Under the pieces are notes generated by a model. That model was not told the DNA's origin. It did no database searches and saw only the letters and a program-made list of their open reading frames with translations. A program made the position numbers and the translations under genes. 64,000 nucleotides of DNA from the NCBI GenBank assembly GCA_963693365.1, contig CAVNZM010000002.1:3550259-3614258 (forward strand), in the 5' to 3' direction. Shown here piece after piece: positions 13,616 to 23,979 of this stretch; positions within the stretch are counted from its first letter, which is position 1; each line of letters starts with the position of its first letter. This stretch comes from Amoebidium appalachense (lineage: Eukaryota > Protista > Ichthyosporea).

Positions 13616-16271
13616 GTGACTCGGATGTACGTGCACTTAAGGAGGACAAAACCATGGGTTTCGTCGACCCGGCCATGCTCTGATTGGCTGGGAAAGAACT
13701 CCAACTGACCAATAGTATTACTTAGCGTAATGGTAAATAACCAAAAAAGGTTTAAAACGAAATACGAAAAAGCCAGCGTTGTGCCGCTTTGAATTCGAAG
13801 CTCGAAAAAGCATCTACAATATGATTGGCTAAGAGTTTGCGTCACTTGTCTCCCAAAACTCTAACTTTTGTCTGGGTGTGCCGCTGAGCCAGGCAGCTCC
13901 GATTTTGATTTTTCCGGCTTAGAAAAGTTTAGTTATAGAAATTTTAGCTATGGAAAATTCTGTTACAAACGGAATGTCCTACATACAGTACAAACTACAT
14001 GAAAAATTCTTGTTTGGTGAGGCCTTATTTTTATTGCACTGTCTGCATATGGATTGAAATTTGTTTGCCTTTGGAGCCTGCTCAGCCTGGTTACGCCCTT
14101 ATGATACGCCCCACGATTGAAGATCTGAGGGATTCACGTGTGGCTTATGAATAACACGTAACGGAGAATAACACGGTATCGTCGGATAACACGTGCACCA
14201 TGTCGGCGAACGATGGGTTATTCTCCAAACTGCTATGTTCTCTCTTTTCATTACTTCTCTTTTTACCTTTTTTTGCTACCCCACAAAAATTTATGATAGC
14301 TGCAACAGTGTATCCTGTTTTATCGCCAGGTTTCCCAACACCGTGATGTCAAATGTACGGGTGGCTCAATTGGCTGAGTTGGCTCCAAGGCCTCCTAAAT
14401 AGCACTCCGGGCCGAGGCACGGGGTCGCCACAGTGCAAAGTGACGTCATCAACTTCCGCGTCAGAAAGATTGCCGCTGATTGGTTGACTGAGGAATGCGC
14501 GCTGCTATAGTAAGATTCGATCCGATTGGATGATGATGATCTCAGTGATTGGCTAAGACTTCAATTGGCGGGAAGTTAGGGTTCTCCTAGATGTGCCATA
14601 TTGCGGGCTTTGGTAAATTACAGCAGGACTACTTGGGGGTTTACACACTTTTTATTGCGTGGACATTGCCGGAGGCCCAGCCACATTCGACGGCCTACTG
14701 CGTTTTCCAGCACAGCCAATCAAATGCAGCCAGTGACATATGTACATGCTAGGCAACAATGAGCGCCATCGTAGTATCTGACACCCCTATTACATATTAT
14801 GGGTAAGCAGATGCTAGCATCGGTAGCTCCGACAGAAAGTTAAGGCACCGGATCACAATATCATACTGTGCAGCATTAATAAGGTGATCTAGGATAGTCA
14901 TCTTAAAACGGATATATTGAGGAAGAGATGAAGAAAAGAGAATAAAACCGCCAATAACCTCCGGTTCTAACCTATATTTGTTTTCATACTCTGAGAACAA
15001 AACTGTTTGTTTTTGCCTTAATAAATAACAATATTGTTTTGAAATGATATTGAAATATTTATTATAGCATTTGTGTAGTTTAGTATGTTATTTCTGTGAG
15101 ATTTGTTGTCATCATTTATATATATATTTTCGACTTAAATCTGCATCCCCATTAAGTTTCTGTTGCGATCTAGGAGGCTGTGTGCCGCACACAGTGTACA
15201 GCAGTTGAGGCTCCTACAGCAGCTGCCCCGCCCCGGCCACCCCCCGGCCCCTCGTGAAGTTCTGAAGATATACTGTATTGTTTCCTGCAATTAGAGATAT
15301 TAGGACTGGGCTGCGCTACGAGGCACTAAGTTATGACCAGCTTCCTCACGGACGCCAACCTCTCTATAAAGTCGTGATATTCTACTTCCCAGACAAACGA
15401 AGCTTCACCCCAGTGTTTTCACCAGTGGATTATCCGAATGATACATGCGTTGAGTACAAAGAAACTGTGACTGGTGCTGGAAGTTTTATTTATGGCTCAC
15501 CAAGCCAAAGGGTCCGAAGGATCTTCGGGCACAAATGAATCTTTGTACAGGATCCGGAGAAACCACCTATGGAATTCGAAGACCCAAAGGAGAGAGGATA
15601 GACTAGTACTCAGAAGATAACTTGACAAAGATACACACACAATACACACGCGCGCACAGGTGCGCTTTGCACCTGCAAATACATACCGCACGCACGTGCC
15701 AGACATACAGACGAGCAAACACACAATACTGCAAGCATGCACAGGGCATGCAGGAGTGGGCTGTAGTACAGAGACACTACGAGCAGCTTCCCGCCTCCTC
15801 CCCCTTCCCCTTTGGGTTCTCTCGTGCCAAACATACGCCCTGCTCACTATATATTCCCAAGGCCGGCGCACTTCCGCGCGCGCACATACACACGGCGCTC
15901 CTTTTCTCCCTCCTTTCCCTCGGGCTCTAGCCCCCCTCCCCCCCCCCCCCCCCCCCATCCCCCCCCCCCCCTTTCTCTCCTCTCTTTCTCTCTCAGAGGC
16001 TCAGAGTCCCTCCCCCCCCCCCCCCCCCCCCCCCCGCCCCCTCCTTCCCCCCTTCTGGCGCACACTCGGCCACGCAAAACTCGCCTATATTTTCACTCAC
16101 ACACCCACTCACCAACGAGCGCGCACAAGTCACAGTACACACACGTGCGCGCATGCAGCAGGCAGACGCCTTGACAGACCTAGTAGCACTGTGACCGTCA
16201 CGAACGCACATGGCACGGACTCACAGAAACACTCACACGCACACGCACTCGCATGCACGCATATGTGCACA

Positions 16272-16302
<31 letters not shown>

Positions 16303-17921
16303 AAAACACACTGCTGACTCCCTCCTCCCTTCCCCCCTATCCACTCACACACAAACAGACAGAAACGGGCCCGATGTAAGCTTTGACAACAAAAGAAAAA
16401 GTAGCCGTACAATATAACACTTCATGCATACACACAGAGCTGATTCCCCACCCCCCCCTCTTCCTTCCTCTCTCCCCCTGCTCCCCTCCCACCCACGGTC
16501 CTGTGGGGTCTTGCTCGGCCATTCACCTATACTACAGGAGAATCATGGAGTGGATGATATTCCTGTGTTATGCACAACAGATCCTGTTGCACCGAGGATT
16601 GCAGCTAAAGAATTTCAAACACCATTGCTGGCAGCAACACCACAAAAAAGGCCCAAACGCAAACTATAACACTTTCTATGCTTCTGGCTTCTTTTTCTTT
16701 TTGTGACTTGCATATGCCTTTGTCCACCTTGACAAATTGAAGAGGACGTCGACGCCGCGGGCCCAGGCCGCGGCCGGTGCGCACCGCTCCGATTTTACTG
16801 ATTCAGCGTAAAAAATGCGCAAATTTTTCGCTAAATGTAGTCTTTTTGATCAGACCCCACCAGATCGATGGATTTGAATACACGGAAGCTGCTTACGTAA
16901 TCACCAGTTCTAGTCTAGTGCGTGCCTCGGCCCGGAGTGCTATTTAGGAGGCCTTGGTTGGCTCACGTGTACGGGCAGCGGCCATAGCGGTCATACGGAG
17001 GAGGGCAAAAGTGGAACGTAAATGCTTTGTATAACCCGCGCGTGACCTATAAGCAAGAGTATGATTGACTACAAAATGACCACACTATGCACTAGAGCAT
17101 GTTTGAGCATGGAAACATTAAGTATATAATATGAACTTACAATCTGGTATACAGTATTTTTATAACTCAATCGAGCAAAAAGTTTTTATAGTACACAATT
17201 TCTATAATTGATCGTACTAGTAAAAACGTACCGGATTTTGGTGTAGTTGGTTTTTGGCTCGCCGACGCTGAACCAATTGAGTTATATTTTTTCTGTACAC
17301 AAAATCGTTAGAAAACACTATTTCCATGATTATCATCCAAAAAATTTAGGTTTAGCAGATAGTGGGGTCATTTTGTAATGTCCGAAGCAACCCTGTTCTT
17401 TATATGAATCCGGGCCAGGAGTCGATCGCCGCGATTCCATGATTCCAGCTACCTTAAACACACACACACGCACAAAAAAAAGGCACATATCTGTACGTTC
17501 AGACCTTCCTGTACATGGTGTGTGCATGTACCCCTCTACACGGTGTATAAGATAATTGGTATTCTCTTGCAAGTGTAGTCCGATTTTTTTCTAAACATTT
17601 GCATCCATTCACACACACCTGACCTCTGCGTTGGAAAGCCAGTGGATTCATCCTTTACATTTAATCAAAATGGTCATTTTTTAGTGCTGGCTTCCGATTG
17701 GATAGTATAATTTCTTACGCGTATACACGTGCAGATGCGCTGAAGAAGGTCCGACCAATCAGCACGCTCCCTTCTGGCCGGCCAGCCATGGTTCCTGCCG
17801 TGGTCAAGTTAGCAAACACAAAATCCCAAAATTCGGTACTGAACCCCCCCCCCCTCCCCACAATGGTTTTGTGTTTTGTGCTTTGTGTGTCTACCTCCAT
17901 ATTCCAACTATCAATGCCTAC

Positions 17922-17952
<31 letters not shown>

Positions 17953-17964
17953 AAAAAAAAAAAC

Positions 17965-18018
<54 letters not shown>

Positions 18019-18619
18019 AATAATAATAATAATAATAATAATAAGCAAATAAAAATAAATAACATAAATAATATATAACAAAAAAAGCAATAATAATAAT
18101 AGTAATAGTAATAGTAATAATAATTAAGTCAACGCAGATAAATAAACAACACCACGGCCCTTTCCGGCCTCTACCTTGCCCCCTCTTCTCGCTCATCTAT
18201 CGTTTTTCACGTGCCCCGAACTCCGGATACAGCCCCTCGTCAGTGTACCCCTCTTGTGCTTACTGCTCTATTGCTTGACTGCACCCCCGTGTGTTTCTGT
18301 TTCTTACTGCTCCCTGTTACTCTCATCTTTCTCGGCTGCAAATTCTTCTTGTTTTGCGGTGTGTTTTTTCCCTTTCTGGGCTGCAATAATGTGGATGTAG
18401 CACATGCACAGATGAACACAAGGGGAATGCCCAAAGGTATAAATTCATTAATATGCATGCACCTGGTCATGTTCGGGACCCTTGCGGAGTAAGTGTTTTT
18501 TTCCGTTTGAGTACTTTCGATGTTTGGTCGGGAAGGGGGGATGTTTGTTTTTAGGGATATTGGTATTGTTGTTTTTCGCCTGCTGTAAGCTGATTGACGG
18601 TGGTCACGTCTGTGTGCGT

Positions 18620-18673
<54 letters not shown>

Positions 18674-19180
18674 TGTTACTAACGTTTTTCATGTTCTGTG
18701 TTGCAGCTGTACCTTGCACCCAGCCCGGAGGATCCCTTTGTGGTCAAATACCACGACATCAATAAGAAGCTGCGCGAGGTACAGTACCTCTCCCCCCCTC
18801 CCCCCCCCCCCCCCCCCCTTCTCCCCCTCCTCCCCTCCCGGCCGGTGAATGGGTCGACACTGGTGTACTTTGGATGGCTTAGGCTCTCTGCGAGGATGGG
18901 CTTTGCTTCTCTTTTGTGTTTTTTTCTGCGCTCTTTTGTGCAAAATTTGCATTGTGTAGTCCGTCTTTTATGTGTGCTTCGTAGTTGGGCGCACAGTCTA
19001 CTCCCCCCATCCCCCTCCCCCCCCCCCCCCCCCCCCCCTTCTTCCCTTCGTACTATTTAGTAGCACGTTCTACCCCCCCCCCCCCCCCCCCCCCCCCCCC
19101 ACACACACACACCACCACCTCCTCCTCCTCCTCCTCCTCCTCCCCCCCGATTTTTCCTTTTCTATGAGACTTTTGACCTC

Positions 19181-19216
<36 letters not shown>

Positions 19217-19777
19217 CACACACACACCCTTCTATTCTATTACACTTCCTATCTCATCCCCCCCCCCCCCCCCCCCCTCTGCAGGTGTTTGGGCAGCAGG
19301 GGACTGTTCAGAAGGTGACTGTGCTGGAGTCCAATGGGTGGCCGCATGGCATTGCCTTTGTGGAGTTTGCAGAGGATGATGGCGCCATGAAGGCTGCAAC
19401 CGCCATAAATGGGAGGAAGCCTCATGGCTTTGACTTTGAGCTCGAAGGTAAATAACCCTTTTTTTTGTTTGTGCCTCATATTTTGCCATCCCTTTCCTAA
19501 CCCCCCCCCCCCTTGCCTGCATAAGCAACCCTGCTCGTCTCTGATCAAGACGGGTGACCTACTCATGTTCAAGTGAAACAGTATCTGAGTTGGGTTTCGT
19601 TAACGAGGGGAATAGGTCGAAACTCGGGTACTGTGGATGACGTGGGCCCCCCCTGAGGATGGGCTCTGCTTATTATGCATACTCTTTATGTATGGCTTGC
19701 ATTCTGCATCGTGTTATCCGTTTGTTCTTGTGTACTTCGTACTTTTTGACGCATTCAAAACCCCCCCCCCCCCCCCC

Positions 19778-19835
<58 letters not shown>

Positions 19836-19948
19836 AAAAAAAAACGAAAAAAATAAGAAAGAAAGAAAGAAAGAAATGAATGAAAGGAAAGCTCGAAGGT
19901 AAATGACCCTTCTTTTTGTTTGTGCCACTTATTTTGCCATCCCTTTCC

Positions 19949-19990
<42 letters not shown>

Positions 19991-20463
19991 ACCCACCCAC
20001 CCACCACCCACCACCACCACCCCACCCCACAACAACCACAACCACAACCACAGCCAACAAAAAAAAAAAAAAACGAAAAAAAATTAGAAGAAAGAAAGAA
20101 AGAAATGAATGAAAGAAAAGAAAAAATAACACAACACCAACCCCCTACCCTTGCCTCCTGCACCCCATCCCTGAAAGCGGTAGTCCTGACATTGCATAAC
20201 GGAAAAGGGCTTCTTATTGTGCGGTGGGGTTTCTGGCAGCTTCCATGTCGAAACTAGATTCAGGGGTGAGGAAGCTGGGGCGGGGGGGGAGGGGGGGGGG
20301 GGGGGAATAGAAGGATAGACTGTGTGTTTGTGTTGTGTGATACAGCATAGCGTACTTCCCGTGCACCATTACTAGGTGTATTTGTTAACTCGGTCTCCCC
20401 CCCCCCCCCCCCCCCTCCCCTCCCCTCCCCCTTCACCTTCCTTAAATCCACATGCGCTTTGCG

Positions 20464-20524
<61 letters not shown>

Positions 20525-20639
20525 ACACGTACACCTACACCTACACGTACACGCACACGTACACACACACGACTTCAAAATCCCATCCCATCCCTCTCTC
20601 CTTCGTGCAGTGAAAGTCAAGTTGCCGTCCAGCGCTTGA
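8837..20639 (+). CDS. RNA-binding protein with two RRM domains (5' end not resolved)
   Basis: Phase-consistent exons 8837-8861, 10408-10500, 10554-10675, 12726-12837, 17735-17807, 18401-18488, 18707-18778, 19285-19447 and 20611-20639. RRM2: KLREVFGQQGTVQKVTVLESNGWPHGIAFVEFAEDDGAMKAATAING. Divergent RRM1: AFVQYFP...YGHAYLKC. Start codon not identified. Confidence 0.8.
8958..9196 (+). mobile_element. Two tandem 5'-truncated copies of the poly-C-associated structured element
   Basis: 9057-9196 is essentially identical to 11852-11991 and ends in CGCATTCAAA followed by poly-C. A diverged copy starts with GAGGATGGGCTC at ~8964. Confidence 0.8.
11711..11992 (+). mobile_element. Long copy of the poly-C-associated structured element, subfamily A
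   Basis: Homologous to 19513-19760 and 57201-57447; contains multiple inverted repeats; 3' end CGCATTCAAAA followed by (C)n; intronic. Confidence 0.8.
12998..13295. repeat. Local tandem duplication of a purine-rich intronic segment
   Basis: GTGTTAAGGATGGGGAAACCGGGAGGGAGGGG and GAAGGTGGGAGAGGCAGAGTGAGGTGGGAAG each occur twice. Confidence 0.75.
14385..16957. mobile_element. Non-autonomous DNA transposon, 37-bp perfect TIRs, 6-bp TSD (TTGGCT)
   Basis: CCAAGGCCTCCTAAATAGCACTCCGGGCCGAGGCACG at 14385-14421 and its exact reverse complement at 16921-16957. TTGGCT at 14379-14384 and 16958-16963. No transposase ORF recognised. Lies in an intron of the RRM gene. Confidence 0.92.
17965..18122. repeat. 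(GAT)n-(AAT)n trinucleotide microsatellite
   Basis: Seen directly. Confidence 0.95.
18846..19000 (+). mobile_element. Diverged, 5'-truncated copy of the structured element
   Basis: GGGTCGACACTGGTGTACTTTGGATGG...GAGGATGGGCTTTGCTT aligns with AGGTCGAAACTCGGGTACTGTGGATGA...GAGGATGGGCTCTGCTT; lies between C-rich tracts. Confidence 0.6.
19513..19760 (+). mobile_element. Long copy of the poly-C-associated structured element, subfamily B
   Basis: Flanked on both sides by poly-C and nearly identical to 57201-57447. A paralogous empty site lies at ~19952-19990. Confidence 0.85.
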
Positions 20640-21043
20640 AGTGGCGCAAAAGTGCCAGCACAATAATTGACGACCGTAACATGAAATGCGGGAAACGTTT
20701 TCCGTTTTTCATTTTTTCCGTGTATTTGGTCCAATAATGAAAAGATGGTCTCTCCTTGAGTAGGCACAGTGGTCCTTGTGCCGGCTGTATTCATATTGAA
20801 TGGAGAATGATGGATTGTCTTATTTCCTGTTGTGTGTAGAAGCTGGATATTATTTCTGTTTTTTTTGTGTTTTCTTTTGTTTTTTTCGGCTAATGTGTTC
20901 CGGCATGTAGGGGCTCTAAGATGTTTGGTGTGTCAGTTTGGTATTGGTCCGGTGGGTTGGTGGCCTGGTGTCGGCAAATCTCGCGTGTGCCCAAGAAGGC
21001 ACGTAGTTTAGTTCAATGCTAGTTCGGGAAGTAAAAGCAGAAT

Positions 21044-21450
21044 TTGCAATTTTTTCCCATTAGGTTGCCTGTGGCACACGTGTTGGTGAGTCAAACAAAA
21101 CAACAATGCTTGTTAAGCAAGGACTAGTGGCTGAGCAAGTGGCTGGTATGTGTCCAGTGTAGAACAGCACCCTGTCATGAGTGCTGTGTGAAAATGTCTG
21201 TGTGTTGTGTGTGCACGTGTGAGTCGTGTGTGTGTGTGTGTGTGTGCGTACGTGCATGCGTGTGTGTGGGTGGGTGGGTGGGTGGGTGCGTACGTGCATG
21301 CGTGTGTGTGTGTGTGTCTGCCCCTGCGTGTTTGTGTAATATGCCTGTACGTGTGTGCTCTTGTATATGTGTGTGTGTGTGAAGGAATGATGAGGCCCAA
21401 GGGTTACAATATGATTCGGTACAGGCATATCACACACACACACACACAGA

Positions 21451-21502
<52 letters not shown>

Positions 21503-21649
21503 TCATGTGCACACACAAATGTTCACACACCTTGAGAGTGTGCTGTTCTACACCAAATCAGCCACACTTGCTCAGCCACTTGCTCAAGCATTGTTGTATT
21601 GTTTGAATCACCCACGTGCCACAGGCAACGTAATGGGAAAAATTTGCAA
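21044..21649. mobile_element. Foldback/MITE-like element with ~110-130 bp imperfect inverted arms
   Basis: TTGCAATTTTTTCCCATTAGGTTGCCTGTGGCAC...GTGGCTGAGCAAGTG...GTGTAGAACAGCAC versus GTGCTGTTCTACAC...CACTTGCTCAGCCAC...GTGCCACAGGCAACGTAATGGGAAAAATTTGCAA. Interior (TG)n then (CA)n. No clear TSD. Confidence 0.7.
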
Positions 21650-22475
21650 CATGTCATGGGCCATATATAGGTACGTATTTGATTATATTCTATTCAGCCA
21701 ATTGCAAGATGGCGACTGTCGCTTTTTGCTGCCATTGCCTTCCTCCTCCCCCTCCCCGGCCCTCTTCCCCTCCCCACATCCAACCCTCCCTTCAATGCAG
21801 TGACTACCGCCACGTGCCCCCCCCCCCCTCCCCCCCCGCCCCCCTCCCCTCCCCCGCCCCCCCCCCCACCCACCCACACACACACACACACACACCTATC
21901 AACATGCATGCCATGCACGTGTCCAGATCTTGTGGCAAAACAATGCGCTAATGTCCCACTTATGTCCGGGTCCTTCACCTGAGCCACCCCTTCTCCTTGC
22001 CATGCTACTAGAAAAGGGACTCCAAGACAGGTCAATCTCTCAAAATTCGCCGAGTTTCCCAACAATACAAAACCAAGAGGAAGGTAACCGAAGGGAACCG
22101 AGGGGAGAGCGTGGTTGTGGTGGTACTGGCGGTGGCGGTGGCGATTGTGCGCGCGCGTGTGTGGTGGTGGTGGTGGATGAGGAGAGGGAAGGAAGGGGAG
22201 GGTGGGTGGTTGGGTGGGGGGGGGGGGCAGGGGGGAAGGCAGGGGGCTGTTGCGGAAATCAAAGGAAGGAGGTCAAGAAAAGGGTGGGGGGGGGGGGGGG
22301 GAGGTGGAGAGGGGGATGAGCTGGGGGGAGGCCTAGGGGAAGGGGGGAGGGGGGGGGGGGGGGGAAGATGATGGGCCGGGGAGGTGGGGTGGTTTGGGTG
22401 GTGGTGGTGTGGTGGGTGGGTGGGTGGGGGTTGGGGGGTGGGGGAGAGGGGTGATGGTGGTGGTGGTGGTTGGGG

Positions 22476-22508
<33 letters not shown>

Positions 22509-23104
22509 AAAGCCAAAACGTCCGAAGATGCGAACGAACCTGCAAACCTTTAGCTGGCCAGCCAGTGCGGCAACCCACTGCACCATTCTCACGACCCCGT
22601 CGTTGAAGCGATCGAGTCAACCCCTTCATCTTTTGTGCTTTCATGTATCGAGCACCCATTTCCCCTTTTTCTTCCTTCTCACGCCTCATTTACCCTCCCC
22701 TCCCCCCTTTCCTTCAAAAGCGGTGGAAGAGAAATCTGTAGGCAAATCAAGCGGGTAGCGTGAAAGAATCAAAGGAAGAACAGAGAGGAAGAAATGGTAC
22801 ATACGGTGTGAGCAGGGCAGGGGCAGTGGCGGAAAGGGTTTGTTTACCTTATAAAGCAGCCTCTAGCATACGACGGGAGAAGAGGGCGAAAGCAGCACTC
22901 CAAGTTGAGATGAGAAGCCGTACTGCAAGAATTAGCAGCCCTCAAAAGGTAATGTTTAATACGAGTGCGTAACTTTGAAGAGACCAAGAAACTGCAGTAA
23001 GCAGGGCACTTCGGTGACCTTCGGTGTCGTGCCACCACAGCAATACCGCTACCGGCCGATGTGTTGACAAGGATGCTACCGCCGTAAGGCCATATTAGCG
23101 CGGG

Positions 23105-23215
23105 GTTTACGCTGTTTACTCGAGGCAAAGAGAACCAGTCTCAGGTATGGGGGGGGGGGGTTTGCTCGGAATATCCCCTCAGCGGTATATCATGATCACG
23201 TACATAGATGTCGGG
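23105..23215. repeat. Inverted copy of the 561-667 repeat
   Basis: Reverse complement of 561-667, differing mainly in the length of the G/C run. Confidence 0.85.
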
Positions 23216-23338
23216 TGGTGACTATATATCAGGGTTTACTTTCTCTACGAGACACCATAAAGACTACAAGGAGAAATCAATTAGTTGGGGTTCCCCGTTT
23301 TTAAAGGGGCTCCCCTCGGGACACTCGGTATCAGCTGG

Positions 23339-23339
<1 letters not shown>

Positions 23340-23405
<66 letters not shown>

Positions 23406-23979
23406 TGCGCTATAATTTTGTAGTGATGTGTTTCTCAAGCCAATCAATACATCTAATAAACAGGTCGTAGTTACGCGTGTTTAGTATAAAATCAAGGATG
23501 TTGTAATTTACAGGTAGGCTATCTTTCTGGGTGTCTGTTGTGAATGTGACGTGTGTGTGTTGCGGTATTATGTGGTCTATCAAACTACATTTGGCGATAC
23601 ATGACCGGTTAAACTGGTGTGTGTGTGTGTTGTTTGGGCATGCAAATGATGCCACCTTATACTTATTAGATCTCCACTGTATAGCACGTGTACAGTAAAA
23701 GCGTGGTAATTGATCAATAATACCATCAGCTAGAGAAAGACCAGTTCTACAGGAAGGTAATATGTATTTAGGTGTTATACACTTGCGAGTGCCATATTTG
23801 GCAATATGGTTGAGGCGGTCAGTATATATAAAACGAGACATAAGGCTTAGTTTTTCAAGGTGTATGCTTTCATCGGGTCTAGTGTCGTGTGGTATCTTTT
23901 TCCATTTGTTATATTGCGTGATTATCTTGTGATTGTGTACATGTTTAATAAGTAAGTGGCAGTCCAAAGTCACACACAC
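23340..23979 (-). mobile_element. 5'-truncated non-LTR retrotransposon 3' end with (CA)n tail
   Basis: AT-rich intronless ORF 23410-23979 (LPSCR...RAIQWRSN...CP..FNRSCIAKC...NILDFILN) resembles the Cys-containing C-terminus of non-LTR ORFs (recognition from memory). A ~60-bp (CA)n run follows the stop within ~10 bp. Confidence 0.55.

Noticed and set aside
14361-14384. tRNA A-box-like GTGGCTCAATTGG at the TIR element's insertion site
   Set aside because: Rejoining the empty site gives no B-box or cloverleaf, so tRNA-gene targeting is not supported.
21900-23100. Coding-looking minus-strand patches
   Set aside because: All frames are interrupted and no domain is recognisable; possibly a decayed TE, but unsupported.
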